The notes: generated by a model from the sequence alone, not told the origin. DNA of 47,288 bases from Neoconidiobolus thromboides FSU 785 (GCA_025603075.1 MU626412.1:1-47288), one strand, 5' to 3'. Positions 1 to 13,067 are shown, counted from the stretch's first letter. A program made the numbers and translations.

Positions 1-2
1 CT

Positions 3-914
3 AGTAGCGATAATTCATCTACTACTAACTCAATTACAACTGAAACTAGCGCTTCAACCTCCACCTCGGGTACAGCTGAAACTACAGGCACTACTCAAAC
101 TACGGGTACAACTGAAACTACCCAGACTACTGCTTCTACTGCAACCACAATTACTACAGGATCTACTGCTTCTACTAACACAATTGAAACTTCTACTGAT
201 GCTACATCAACCAGAGAAACAAGCACTGGATCTGTTTCTTCAGACAAAACCACCAGTTTTACAACTTCAACGGCAACTGATTCCAGCTCAACCACTCAAA
301 TAAAAGCGCTTCCATCCGATGTTGCGGCCGCAGTTAGTTTTGAAATACCAGCTGAAGAATATTATCCATTTACCATTATTATACGTAACAGAAACTATCT
401 TTCATTTATTGATTCCGACACTTCAGCTCCAAATATGAACTCAGTCAAAGCATTTAGTAGTGACCTTATTGATGACTTTACCGATTTACTGTCTCAGCCA
501 CGCAATCGATTTTTCGTCCATCGTATTCAGCCTAGAAAAGCTGCAGATTTGGTTGGTGACTCAGGATTAGATATCGAGGTACTTTTACTTCCTTCTGATG
601 ATCCTAATGACCCTACCATGTATGATCTCAAAAAGCAGTTTGATAATATTGTACAAAATGAACGCTATAGATTAGCTTCTACCAAAGTGTTAAAAGACCT
701 TGATATTGATCTGTTTATCAAAACCAATAATGGATATGGCAGACCAGAAGATTATGGGATCAATGGAAAATCTTCTAGTCCATACGCAGGAGTAGGGAGT
801 GTTACACCTACACCTCAAAAATATTTTACCATTGGTGGATCAGTTGCTGCCGCTTTTGTTTATGCATTGATCACTGTTGGGTTCATTCGCTACCGTAGAT
901 CTTTATCAACTTAA
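3..914 (+). CDS. 3' part of a Ser/Thr-rich mucin-like single-pass membrane protein (possibly Msb2/Hkr1-like); 5' end lies outside the window
   Basis: The frame is open from position 3 to the stop at 912-914: about 100 aa of T/S-rich sequence (TTGTTQTTGTTETTQTT...), a globular segment, then a hydrophobic helix FTIGGSVAAAFVYALITVGFI followed by RYRR. The track's 435 ATG is internal. The Msb2/Hkr1 family assignment is inference. Confidence 0.75.
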   Translation, partial: SSDNSSTTNSITTETSASTSTSGTAETTGTTQTTGTTETTQTTASTATTITTGSTASTNTIETSTDATSTRETSTGSVSSDKTTSFTTSTATDSSSTTQIKALPSDVAAAVSFEIPAEEYYPFTIIIRNRNYLSFIDSDTSAPNMNSVKAFSSDLIDDFTDLLSQPRNRFFVHRIQPRKAADLVGDSGLDIEVLLLPSDDPNDPTMYDLKKQFDNIVQNERYRLASTKVLKDLDIDLFIKTNNGYGRPEDYGINGKSSSPYAGVGSVTPTPQKYFTIGGSVAAAFVYALITVGFIRYRRSLST

Positions 915-2300
915 TCAAATTTATTTGTTATTTAAATAAAGGAGTCTGATATCTTAACTAAGTCCGAGCTCTGCTTTATTTGATTGACACTATAAATGTA
1001 TGTTCTGATATTAAAGATCATTGCTTAAAAAGTTACCAATTAGCTAGATGTTTTTATATTTTGGGTATGATGAATGTTATATTAATCATCATTAAATATT
1101 ATATTAAACTTTTCACTTGCTATCTTAGTTTTTAGTTATAATCGTTATAGTAATACAAATTACTATAATAAGTATATATCATTTATTTTTAAGCAGTTAT
1201 AAATTGAAAGTACCCAAAATAATGTTTTAAAGATATACTATAAATTTGCAGCAAAGTGTATACCAATGACTCTAGCATGCCAATTTTTATCATCAAAACC
1301 AAATAATTTTAATAAAAGTACACATTATAGGTTACCAAATTGAACATTAGAAGTAAACAAAATTTCATTCAAAGAATTTTTTGCTAACAAAATAGAACTG
1401 ATTTGGCCATTTTAATGAAACCTGAGCGTGTTAAAGGACACACAGGCTAAAGTAAAAGTCTACTATTCGTCTCTTTGCTTGATTGTTAAAATCAATATGA
1501 GGATCCCTTTTTTGTTTCGATGCTGACTCACAGTCATTTAAAATTCATGTTAAGCAGAAAAACAAACAGACAACTGAATTGGAAGTATGCTTTCATATAT
1601 TATATTTTACTTTGATTCTTTTCAATCACATCATCATTATTCAAAGTTCTTTTTTACCATATTAATTACTTTATTGTCCAACAGCAATATATTCTGATTA
1701 GCAGATGCTTGTTAAAGAAGTTACTTCATTAAATATATAGACTATGTTATTTTTGCTATACTTTAAGTAAACTAACTTACCTTATAGCTAGCAATTCTAT
1801 TAATTTTGTGAAATTGAATTGCTTTCTAGGGAGCACAATAGTATTTTCAAGGAATGAACTTTTTATTACAGATTGTTAAACTAATGTAGTATTAACTACA
1901 CCGCTTTTTTCATTAAGGTAATAATGCTTGATTCTCATGTTTTATTAATAAGTCTTTAGAGTGAGTTTTATATACGTCACAATTTGTCCACATGGAATTG
2001 GAGCTATTAGTTGCATGAAATTACAAAGACATAGTTTATAATATGTAGTCCACTATGTTCAGATATAGCTTTAACTTATTTCCAATAAGCTTGGTTCTTA
2101 ATATTATCATTTCAGAGCTGAATGATATATATATGCTATTGGATTATAGAAATTCCAAAAGTTTATTCGAGGCTTTATACCATAGATTACTGTAGAAATA
2201 ATGCTGCTTTTTAAATGTCTTGGTAGTTAAAATGGAACAAAAGATTACAAAATAAGGTTTCATAGTTACCTTGAATTCTTTTATTCTAAAAAGTGAATAT

Positions 2301-2395
2301 GGTAGTGTTTTTTTGACTTCATTTTTTCTATCTCTTAAGCGCTATTTAAGTGGAAAAATTGTTAATAAAATTCTTAAACCTAAAAATATATCCTC
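2301..2395 (+). mobile_element. MITE-like repeat, copy 1
   Basis: GGTAGTGTTTTTTTGACTTC...TTAAGCGCTATTTAAGTGGAAAA...ATATATCCTC, flanked by ATAT (2297-2300) and ATAT (2396-2399). Confidence 0.85.
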
Positions 2396-4247
2396 ATATA
2401 TTGAATTTTGGTATAGTGCTTTAAAAATGAGATTTGAGATAAAGTAGCTTATTAAAGCCAACGGCACCAAGAGTTAATATACTCTAGAATGATCTCCTTC
2501 TAAATAAGTTATTAAAAAGTAAAATATGTAGTAGTAGAATATAAGATAGGTTAGTTTTTCATCTATAAAATTTAATTTTACTTTTAATTATTATATTAGC
2601 ACTACTAACTTATAATTTGTAATTTAAATATATCAATTGAAGTAAATTTCCATTTTCATACTCTTAATTAAAAATCTTTTAGTAACAGTAATATCAAATA
2701 TACAGAAATTACATTCTATTTTAAAGTTTCAAAAAGCTACAAAATTAAAAGTAATAGTAAAATTATATACTAATAATGTTTAAAGTATAATAATGATATT
2801 AAAATTTATTAGAATGAAACTAAAAACAAGTTAAGATATAAAATTATTATTTTAATAATATATAAAAGTAGATAAATAATTTATTTCAACAACTTTTGAG
2901 ATTTCTTTTATTATAAATATATTCAGTTCAAATATATAATATTATTCTAAATACATTAAAACTTGATGTTATATTAATAGTACACAAAATAAAATTTTAA
3001 CTTTTAATATCATATCCCTTATTAATTTTTATTTTAAATGTTAAAAACAAATAGTAGAAGAACCTTAAACTCGATTATGTCTTATTATTATATTATATTA
3101 TATGTACAAGTCTCAGTGAAATTGACCAATTTTGATATTATTAATTTTCAATATATTTAAAGGTTTTATTTATTTAATCTATATATAATGAACTTTTAAT
3201 ATTATATTTTAAAATCTATTAATAAATTCCAAATAAAGCAACTGCTTTAATGTTTGAAAAATGTCAAAGTTTTAGTTACAGATTTTTTAAAAATACAACT
3301 TTTCAAACAAAATTTCACTTGTTTTACCAAAAAGATTCTAGAAAAATAAACACAATATAAAATATCATATAATTAAATTCTATTTGTTGCTTAAGATAAC
3401 TAATAAAACTTCTAAAGGTTCTAATAGAAACTTTCATCTTCCTTAAAATTTGACTATACTAACTAATTTAATAAAACGACTTTATAGTACCTTAGTGATC
3501 ATATTTATTTATACTAAAGTAACCTTAGCTATTTTTTAAATGTTATCATGTTATTATCGAAACTTCAGTAATTTTTTAGTACTCCAATAAAAACCGAGGT
3601 ATTTGATTAAATAAAACAATTGAGTTAAAAAACAATCTAAACATTTTCAAAATACTCTTGAAGAGTTATGATTTCATGGCATTATAGAGTTGAAATGATG
3701 TAATATTCAAAGAATAAACCATTTTTTTATGTTGTTTTATTAATACTTTACTTTCAGTTACGTTTTCAATTAGGCTAATTACTTAACTAAAGTATCAAAC
3801 GAATCCTTTAAATTTACATTTATTTTTTTTAATAAACTTTTTAGTAAAGTTTAAAATGATTTAATGTACAGCTTTAATTGGTTGCTAATATTAATTATTA
3901 ATTAATATACCTCTTTCAACTTGATAATAGTCATTAGTTTAATTTCATAGATGTAACCAATTAACTTACTTAATGACTTGAGGTGACTGTTCTTTGGAAC
4001 ATGAAGTTATTTCTTCCAAATTTAGAATCGCTTTGATTAGTGGCTTTGTAAAAGTCCAAGCATTCAATGATTGGCTATGATTTAATCTATTAGGGTAGCT
4101 ACTAAACCTAAAAATTATATATAAACAGGAAATAAATAAAAAGGTCAACAGTTTGAATTTGATTATCTTTTACTTTTTTTTATTGCTACTCTTGACCTTT
4201 TTATTTTAGAACTTTTTTATTTAAGCTAACATATTAATCATACTATC

Positions 4248-5399
4248 ATGTCTTGTTTAACCTTAAATAATACCTCTTTCGTTAAAGCTGATAAACTGAA
4301 TGCTTCTCATAAACGTATGTCTTCACCCGCTTTATCCAACTATTTTGAGTCTCCCAATAAAGCGCTTGCACCAGCAAAATGCTTATACTGCGACGCCAAC
4401 AACAACTGTCTAATAACTCCTGGGGATACAGTATATAACAAAATTGGAGGACATATCAATAATAAATTTGACTATGAGAACATTCACTGCTTAAAAAAAT
4501 TTTTATGTAATGCTTCGGAGACATTTTTTGAAGATGTGTTTGAAGCAAACTCAACTCACCTTGGTTCTGGAGCCAATGGTTTGGTATCCTGCTATACACC
4601 TAAAGACAAAGAGATCCCAAAGCAAGCCGTTAAAGAATTTACTCAGCTATCGCCTAATGAACTGGAATCGGATTATTTTAAACGTCATGCTAATGAAATT
4701 TATATTGGCGCTATGTTAGAGCATGAAAATATCATCCATGCTCATCAATTTTTATATCAAGATAAGAGGTTTTATTTGATTATGGAATATTGTCCGTATG
4801 AATTTTTTGATATGGTATGTTCTGGTAAATTAAGTGAAGAAGAAATTGATGACTTTTTCTTTCAATTGATAAATGGAGTTAAGTTTTTACACAAGAATAA
4901 TGTAGTTCATCGTGATCTTAAGTTGGAAAATTTAATGATTGATGCTAATGGTACCCTTAAAATTGTTGATTTTGGATTTGCGGCTATACTAAAAAATAAA
5001 GGTAAAGGTTTACTTTGTAGTGGTTTATGGGGCTCAGATCCATATATTGCGCCTGAAATGTTTTCAACAAATCAATATGATGCAACCAAAACGGACATAT
5101 GGTCGATTGCAATTATTTATTTAGCTTTAGTAACTGGAAGATTTGCTTGGGATGTAGCTAAAGAGGAGGATCATTATTATGCTAAATACTTAGTTGATTC
5201 CGATTCTATTGCGGAATTAATTCCAAATAAAAAAGCGGTGAATTTAATAATTTCAATGTTAAATCCAGATCCCAGTAAAAGAGCTTCTATGGATGATATC
5301 TGGTCAGATCCTTGGTTTACTTCTATTATGGCTAAACATTATGAAAGAAGGTTAAAAAATCAACACACTACTACAAGGTTATTACAATTGACCAGTTAA
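4248..5399 (+). CDS. Ser/Thr protein kinase, HAL/Npr1/Hrk1-like fungal family
   Basis: Intronless 383-aa ORF with LGSGANG, AVK, HRDLKLEN, DFG, GSDPYIAPE, DIWS and DPWF kinase motifs. GSxPYIAPE is typical of the HAL/Npr1 group. Confidence 0.9.
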   Translation: MSCLTLNNTSFVKADKLNASHKRMSSPALSNYFESPNKALAPAKCLYCDANNNCLITPGDTVYNKIGGHINNKFDYENIHCLKKFLCNASETFFEDVFEANSTHLGSGANGLVSCYTPKDKEIPKQAVKEFTQLSPNELESDYFKRHANEIYIGAMLEHENIIHAHQFLYQDKRFYLIMEYCPYEFFDMVCSGKLSEEEIDDFFFQLINGVKFLHKNNVVHRDLKLENLMIDANGTLKIVDFGFAAILKNKGKGLLCSGLWGSDPYIAPEMFSTNQYDATKTDIWSIAIIYLALVTGRFAWDVAKEEDHYYAKYLVDSDSIAELIPNKKAVNLIISMLNPDPSKRASMDDIWSDPWFTSIMAKHYERRLKNQHTTTRLLQLTS

Positions 5400-6907
5400 A
5401 TGATTTAACTTTGGCAAACTTATTAACGACGATTTATCATGCATCATGTTCTTTATCTCTATCTATTATGTGTTCTATCATTTTATTTTTTTGTTTTATT
5501 AAAATAGTTTATATTTATTTAATATCTTAATTTTCGTATATTTGTTTTAATCTAATACACTATCATTATATAACAAATCAAGGAGTAAGAAGGGGGGGTA
5601 TTACAAGATGAAAATTCATTATCTAAAGTAACACATGGTTTTAATATCTTTTAGATTAGATAAACAAGATTTAAAAATCAAATGTGCAATCAATATATTT
5701 TTGATGTAAAATGATTTGTATAGCTAAATAATCCTAAACGTAGAATTGGGAATTTTGATTTTATATCTGTCAATTACAAAAATAGAGAAAATTCTTATTA
5801 TTAAATTCAATAAATACAATGCTAAAATACCCAGTTCTATGCTTAGGATTATTTAGTAGGAAAAAATAAAATATCAGTTTAATGCAATTGAGTTATAAAT
5901 AAATAAGGCTTATTATTTAACGAGATTTTAAAAAACGAAAAGATATTTAAAGCAATTGAGAATTAGATGGGTGTAATGAAACTAGTTGGTTAATAAGCTT
6001 TAAAAACAAATATTAAATAGAGAATAAATATTCACTTTTCCCATATTTAAAATAATACCTTGTCTTTTAAAATATTTCTTAAAAAACTAGAATTTCTACA
6101 AAAAATATTTTTGAAACAATAAAATGAGCTCATTTTTGCGTTTTATCTATCAGTTTTATTTTAATTTTCTTTAAAATTATTATTTATGAGCTCATAATTT
6201 TTAAATTAAAAAAGAATTAAACTTGATTTTGGAATTAAAGGGTCTTTTTTCAAAAATAGTCTTGATTTGGTAATCAAATTTAATTTTTGTTAAATATTTT
6301 TATAGTTGTAACAATAAAACTATTAAAGATAAATAAGGTTATTGTTTATAACTAACAAAGCCCATATACTATGAACAGTAATTTTTCAGTTTATAAATAA
6401 TCTTTTGAAATTTGATATCAACTTTAAAGTTAAAAAAGTAAAACAAACTTATTTTATTGGTGAAAATTTCAATTCACCAACTTTACCTTAAATTTTTATA
6501 ATAGTACAAGTTTCACTTTTATTGATAGTTTCATATTTATTTGAAAGTTATCTTAAATTGAATTAATTCTGATTATCATTATAAGGTGATCATTATTACG
6601 TAAGGGTCAAGAAGTTAAGGCTTTATTTGATATGGAGTTTTGAAAAATCGGGTCCGAATACTAACTAACTCATAAAATTCTAACAATAATTTTGATTTTT
6701 TGTTGGATATTTTATTTACTATAAGCTTTTATTTTTATAAACGAACATCAAGAATCTACGTAATTGATTGTTTTTTATTATATCTTAATTATAAATATGT
6801 TCACTTGATGTATTCAGTATGATGATGAACTTGACACTAATTGTATAATTTAATCCAATCAATGCCCTCCCTGTTCTTTTTGATGAGAACTTAATTTTTA
6901 TTCTCCT

Positions 6908-7004
6908 AAGGATGTTTTTTTTACTTCATTACTTTTTCTATCTTTTAAGCGCTATTTGAGTGGAAAATGGTTATTAAAACTCATAAATACAAAAATACAT
7001 CCTC
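6908..7004 (+). mobile_element. MITE-like repeat, copy 2
   Basis: AAGGATGTTTTTTTTACTTCATTAC...TTAAGCGCTATTTGAGTGGAAAA...AAAAATACATCCTC. Target-site duplication is not clear. Confidence 0.85.
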
Positions 7005-7402
7005 CTCCTTTTAAAAACGTGGACAAATCTTCAATTGTAAAGGAATTTATTTTCACTAAGAAATTGTCCGAGTTTTAAATAAAAAACTGATAAATAAATG
7101 AAACTAGAAAAGACATTTAACTTTTTCAAGTCATTAATAAATATACATTTTTGAACTGTTGACAAAATTCGATGTTTTTATAAACTTTGATGATTGGCTT
7201 ATTCATTCAACAGTAACTCAAGTAAACAAATCGTAAAATTTCAACTCAACAAACATTTAAAATCAAAGTTGAAACGCTTAATGAATATCCAAATAAAAAG
7301 ATCCCTAGTTTAAACTTATTAAAAAAATTAAAACTAAAACCCTTCTATTTTAATTAGTATTTTCATTCTTTTAAACCTCCAACTTTAAAATCTCATAATT
7401 AT

Positions 7403-7675
7403 ATGGAAACACCTGAAAAAAAACGAATAACTACTTATATCGAAGATACCAACGTAATCAAATATGATAATTCTCAAGCTTTTCCTCCTTATCCAACTTT
7501 AGAAGATCCAGATAAATTACTAGCAGATGGTACTACTATTATTGGCTTCCCAATTGGTTTAGTCATATTTTTAATTATTTTTTTTACTGGGTTTGGGTTT
7601 TGGGTAGCAGGGACAATAAGAAGACTTATATATAGAAAATCGTATTTAGCTGCTAGGAAAGAAGCAAAGGCATAA
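7403..7675 (+). CDS. Small single-pass membrane protein, unknown function
   Basis: 90-aa ORF with a clear hydrophobic helix (IIGFPIGLVIFLIIFFTGFGFWVAG) followed by a basic tail. No family recognised. Confidence 0.5.
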   Translation: METPEKKRITTYIEDTNVIKYDNSQAFPPYPTLEDPDKLLADGTTIIGFPIGLVIFLIIFFTGFGFWVAGTIRRLIYRKSYLAARKEAKA

Positions 7676-7972
7676 AAAGAGAGAGATGAGTGTATTTTTA
7701 CTAATTTATTTGTGGAGAAGGAGGAGAAGGGAAAGGGGAAGGAGTGTTAGTTTCTTATCTTTTTTTATTATTATTGTCAAAAAAATTAATATTTTTATGT
7801 TTTATTAAACAAAATTTTATAATGAGTTTGTACTTTGAATAGCCTTTATTTTTTGATTGTTTTTTTAAGTTTAAATCCTGAAATTATTGTGAAATAATGA
7901 GTCAAAAAATTTAGTAATAGAAACTAGTAATAGAAACTTAGCTTGCTTTTTTAATAAAATCAAAAATAAAAG

Positions 7973-9547
7973 ATGAGTTCTATACCATACACTTCTTACA
8001 CCAAAATAGACAAAACAAATGTATTACCATTTAGTCCCATGTTAAGTAGTTTAATACGAAAAGGCCAATATATAGCTATTGATTTTGAGTTTACTGGATT
8101 AGGAGAAATGGGGTATAATAAGTTAGAGAAAGATATTAATTTGAGGTATAAAAAGATGCGAGAGAATGTACAACAATTCAGTTTATTAAGTATGGGATTA
8201 TCCTTCTTTCATCAAAAAGAAAGTAACGAGAATTTGTTTTTAGCCAATTCATTCGAACTCACTTTATCTTGTCAGGTAAATTGATTCTATATTATTTTTA
8301 ATACTTTTTTAAATGTTAATATATTTTATATTTTATATTTTAGACAACATATAAAATCAACCCAAGTTCTTTAGAATTCTTATTAGATAACGGGTTTGAT
8401 ATTAATAATCAGATAAAAAATGGAATCCCATATTTTCCAGGGGATAATGGAATCGATAAAGAATTGTTAAAGAAGATAGAACCAAACAATAAAAAAGTAA
8501 GTATATAAGTTTTAGCATCTAAACAATAACAATTAACAAAATGAAAAGTTTAAAAGAGAAGAACGCCCATTAAGTCAACCTGAAAAATATAATCGAATCT
8601 TAAGGACAATGGTTTATGAATTAATCACCAGTTCTTGTACATTAATATTACATAATGGTTTATTAGATTTAATGTATTTATATAATTCCTTTTTTGCAAC
8701 ATTACCATTAAATTTAGATACTTTTATTGCTGATGTAAGTAGTTGGCCAATTATTCAACAAAATGGCTTATTTGATACTAAATGTTTAGCTGAATTTCAA
8801 TTTCGTGAAAAAGCAAGTTATTTATCATTTTTATTTAATAAAGCTTATAGAGAACAAACAGTATTGAAGAAAATGAAACAGATAATGGAAGATGATAGTA
8901 ATGAATTAAAAAACATAAATTATTTTGAAGTGAATATTCAACCTGGGGTTAATTTAAATAATAAGATAGAAAATGATAAAAAAGAAGTTAAAATTAATCC
9001 GAAAGACTCAATAGATTATAATATAGATATTAAAATTGATAAAGAATATTGTATGCGATATATTTATCATGGTAATTGTCCTAATAAACCTAATAAACAA
9101 TTAGATTTGGGCCAAGGACCAAATCAACAAAAGTGTATGAAATCTCATCATTTATTGAATTATTTAAATCATTGTTTAAAATTACAACTTTATAATACAA
9201 AGAATAATTCAGATCCTAATGTTCAAGTGTTTTTATTTGAACATTTTAAATCGAATACCAATATTTATCAACAAAGTTTAAAAGTTGCTGAAGATATTTT
9301 TATATCAAATAAGGATCCGACTCTTTCAGATACGAAACATACTGCCCCTTATGATGCTTTTATGACTGCTTATACTTTTTTGCATTTTTTATTTTATCCT
9401 GATGTTAAATTGAGATTAGATAATAATAAGGAATTTAAAAATAATATTTATTTAATGGGACGAAATTTACCACTGAAGATTGTTAAATCTAAGTTTACTC
9501 AATGTTCAAATTCAGCTAATATCATATTAAATAATTTATTGAATTGA
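7973..9547 (+). CDS. TOE1: CAF1-family DEDDh ribonuclease with CCCH-like zinc finger (TOE1/PARN-like)
   Basis: Exons 7973-8275, 8344-8496, 8549-9547 (484 aa; the last acceptor is AAG and least certain). Motifs IDFEFTG, SLEFLLDNGFD...GIPY, HNGLLDL and HTAPYDAFMT, plus CMRYIYHGNC...C..SH. Confidence 0.8.
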
Positions 9548-9755
9548 ATTAATGATAATAATAAAAAGTATTGACTTATAGAGAATTGTAATTTAAATTT
9601 ATAAAAAATAAAATTTGGAATGATTTAAAAATTATGATTCAAATTTAGAAACAATAAAAATTACCTAAATCAATTCTAATAATGCTTTAATTTATATTTT
9701 ATTATTTTTAAAATTCTAGTATAGTTTCCGGATTCTTTCATTTCCTTCACTTAAT

Positions 9756-9938
9756 TTAAATATTAAACCCAAGGTCTCTCATACATTTTTTATGCTTATT
9801 AATAATATCTAAACAATTTTCTTCTCCATTAAGAAAGACACAGTTATCTCTTTCTTTTTTAGTATCTGGACAAGCACAACATGGTTTTAATTTAGTATCA
9901 TCTTTCTTTATTGAGGTTTCTACCGGTTTAGAGTCCAT
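9756..9938 (-). CDS. COX17: Cytochrome c oxidase copper chaperone
   Basis: 60 aa containing [10 protein letters not shown]...C...NGEENC...[10 protein letters not shown] (CC copper site and twin CX9C). Confidence 0.95.
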   Translation of the reverse strand: MDSKPVETSIKKDDTKLKPCCACPDTKKERDNCVFLNGEENCLDIINKHKKCMRDLGFNI

Positions 9939-10325
9939 TTTTTGTATTTATGATATTTGATTTAAAAAAATGAGTTGATTTTGCTTTAAATCGAAAAATA
10001 ATTTTTTTGGTAATGTAGGGTTTCTGGGTTTACTTTTTATAAGGGATAAAATTGATTGGTGACTTCCAGAAGTTTCTTTTCAAATTGATACTAGTTAAAT
10101 TTCATGAGTAATAGTTTAACAGTAATTAGCAATATGGATTAGTAATATAGATTAGTTTAAAGACCCGATTGTAATTTTGTTCAATTTTGATATTTAATAA
10201 AAGTTGCAAACTTAATACTAAATACTAAGAAATTAGTTGCTTTTTTCCTTAATTTTAAGATAATTCAAATTATGTTTTTTTTGTCCAATTTTGTAATAAT
10301 TTTTTAGAGATTTTATATTACATAG

Positions 10326-10425
10326 GGGGGTGTATCTTATGTATTTAAGAATTTTACTAACAAATTTTCCGCTTTAAATAGTAGTTAAAAAATGGAAAAA
10401 AGAATGAAGTCAAAAAAACACTCCC
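10326..10425 (-). mobile_element. MITE-like repeat, copy 3
   Basis: Reverse-oriented copy, GGGGGTGTATC...AAAAAAACACTCCC, flanked by the direct repeat ATAG / ATAG. Confidence 0.8.
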
Positions 10426-10469
10426 ATAGGAAGAAAATGGCTAAGAAAAGGGAGATTAAAAAATTGTAT

Positions 10470-10567
10470 AGAGGTGTTTTTTTAGTTTCATTACTTTTTC
10501 CATTTTTTTGAGTGCTATTCAGGTAGAAAGATTACTAGTAAAATTCTTAAACAAAAAATACATCTCC
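10470..10567 (+). mobile_element. MITE-like repeat, copy 4
   Basis: AGAGGTGTTTTTTTAGTTTCATTAC...AAAAAATACATCTCC with flanks GTAT / ATAT. Confidence 0.8.
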
Positions 10568-10670
10568 ATATTTTTAATTTTAATCAAATTTGTAAACTTA
10601 CCCATATATAAATACTATTAAATAAACAAAATTTTATCAATAAAGCAATAAAAAGTTGAAATACTCTCTT

Positions 10671-10805
<135 letters not shown>

Positions 10806-11330
10806 TAACTCCACATTTTTGAAATCTCTTAAAAAACAAATATCTTTCACTCCCTATCAGGATCATTAATTAAGCCAAACTACTTTCAAAAGTGAAATAC
10901 TATAATTGAACAAGATTCAATACAAGTTAAATGCATTTTAAAAAATGATGTAAAAAAGACTAATATCAAAGCTAGTAATGACTTTGATGACGTATATATT
11001 TAGTATGAATATAAAATGCAGTAAATTAATGTATTTTATACTTACAAAAAGTATATAAACAATTGTATCTCTTTATTGAGTATTTTTATATTTATTTTAG
11101 AAAATAAAACTATACTTTTTAATTCTATTAATTACATTAATTTATTTAACTTAATCTAATATATACTACTTACCCTATACTTATTTACGAAGACTTCAAA
11201 ACTTTATATTATTCTTAGTCAAACATTGGGTCTATCTTACTTTACTTCATATCAACTCATCCATTGGTATGTCTCTAGGCTTAAGGAGCTTAAAATCCTT
11301 AGGACTTAAATATGTAATCTTTTTAATTAT

Positions 11331-13067
11331 TCACCATTCCTTTTGTAACTTTTCTTGAACGATTTGAATCAATAATAAATTGAACCCACTCATTGCTTTA
11401 GTCGCTGGGAACTTTGTCAATTCTTTTAAAAATTCAATACCTTTTTCAATATATTTTTCATTTCCTTTATAGTCACTTCTTTTCCCATATCTTAATATAA
11501 ACATAATAACACTAGCTAATGCTGGACAATTAATAGCTAATGTTAAATTTAAATGAGCATTAATGGAACTATCAATTAAAGTATGACATTTTAAAAAGAT
11601 TTGTTGAATTATAAAAGGGGTGAGGGTATCAAATGGTTTCTTAGGTGAGTACTCATTAGATTCATAATATTGTTTTTCATCAGATAAATGGAATTTTGTA
11701 GTAATTAATAGAAATTGTAAATAATCATAAAAATAGGTGAAAACATTTTGATATTGATTAATTATGAGTTTTATATTGGGATCGTTGATTTTTTTTATTA
11801 AAGTAAGCATTAAAACTTTATAGGTATTATATACTTTTGTTAATTGATATTGTAATTTGTTGAATTCTAAATCATAATTATTAGATTGATTGAACTTTAA
11901 TTTATTTTTTTCATTGATGAGTTTAAGATTGAAAAAGAAATTGGACATTATAAAATAATATTGAATTAATTTAAAATGTAAGAATTGTTGTATTAATTCA
12001 TTTTGTTTATTAAAATCAAATGAATTTTCAATTAACTTTTTTTTATAATAATTTTCCATTTTATTTAATTCAATAGAATATTGAGGTGCCATTAAATAAG
12101 TTCCAATATTTAAATAAGCTATTGTATAATAAAATGTTAATATACAATAAGTGTTTAATCTTTCTTCATTTTCAATATTATTTTTATACTTGATATGATG
12201 ATTTAAACCAATTGCCTGTGCCATTCTATTACATAAAAATAATAGATATTCTTTTTGTTGACCAATCCAGGGGAAACAAGGTATAGCTATAATTAAAATT
12301 AAAATTAATTGAATTAATTGTAAATTAGGTGGAATTGTAAGTATCTTTGAAATAAATATTGCTAATTTTGATTCAAAATAAGAAATCAATTGTTTAATAA
12401 TGGGAGTAGTTTCCATATGTAATAAACCAGCTAATAAAATAGTTGATTTTAAATAAAAATTACATGAATGAAAGTTAAATTGATTTGAATTAAATAAAGG
12501 TAATAATTTATTAACTTTAATAAAATAAATATTAATTGCTTGTTTTAATATTGGACCAATAGAATTAATCTTAGGTTCTGGACATGATTGAATTAATTTA
12601 TTATTTTTTTGATTTTTTTGATTAGCTAAATTTAATTTTTGAGTTATTAATAATAATAAGTTGAGACCTAAATTTGAATATTGTAAAGATGGATTTTGTA
12701 AAAAATTATATAAATTTTCAAAGATTGATTTACGTGGAAATTGATTGAATATTATTTGTATATTATAATTCATATTAGAATCTTTTAATATTTTAAATAA
12801 TTTTAATTCCTCATTTTTTGATTGAAATTTATTTTCATTTATATAAACAAAACTAAATACATTAATCTTATTTTTTAAATTGTCTTGATTTTTTTTATTG
12901 ATTTTTGTTTTATTATAAATTACTGTTCGATTGTAAGTACATGGAACATTTCTTTTAATACATTGATTACATGTTGGTAAATTTCGATCACATTTATAAT
13001 GATATTTAAAACATAAATCACATCGATGACCTTTTATTGATTGTTTGAAATGAGTTGAGGTGGTCAT
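11331..13067 (-). CDS. Zn(II)2Cys6 fungal transcription factor
   Basis: CDLCFKYHYKCDRNLPTCNQCIKRNVPCTY binuclear cluster followed by a long helical region. Intronless. The first ATG is at 13067 (MTTSTH); the track starts at an upstream TTG. Confidence 0.88.
   Translation of the reverse strand: MTTSTHFKQSIKGHRCDLCFKYHYKCDRNLPTCNQCIKRNVPCTYNRTVIYNKTKINKKNQDNLKNKINVFSFVYINENKFQSKNEELKLFKILKDSNMNYNIQIIFNQFPRKSIFENLYNFLQNPSLQYSNLGLNLLLLITQKLNLANQKNQKNNKLIQSCPEPKINSIGPILKQAINIYFIKVNKLLPLFNSNQFNFHSCNFYLKSTILLAGLLHMETTPIIKQLISYFESKLAIFISKILTIPPNLQLIQLILILIIAIPCFPWIGQQKEYLLFLCNRMAQAIGLNHHIKYKNNIENEERLNTYCILTFYYTIAYLNIGTYLMAPQYSIELNKMENYYKKKLIENSFDFNKQNELIQQFLHFKLIQYYFIMSNFFFNLKLINEKNKLKFNQSNNYDLEFNKLQYQLTKVYNTYKVLMLTLIKKINDPNIKLIINQYQNVFTYFYDYLQFLLITTKFHLSDEKQYYESNEYSPKKPFDTLTPFIIQQIFLKCHTLIDSSINAHLNLTLAINCPALASVIMFILRYGKRSDYKGNEKYIEKGIEFLKELTKFPATKAMSGFNLLLIQIVQEKLQKEW

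Noticed and set aside
95-295. Val-rich minus-strand ORF
   Set aside because: Antisense shadow of the Thr-rich mucin codons.
1980-2290. Possible decayed coding fragment next to MITE copy 1
   Set aside because: All frames are stop-rich and no motif could be assigned convincingly.
3966-4148. 60-aa minus ORF upstream of the kinase
   Set aside because: Short, no motif or splice support; expected by chance.
4510-4719. Alternate-frame ORF within the kinase
   Set aside because: Nested out of frame in a well-supported CDS.
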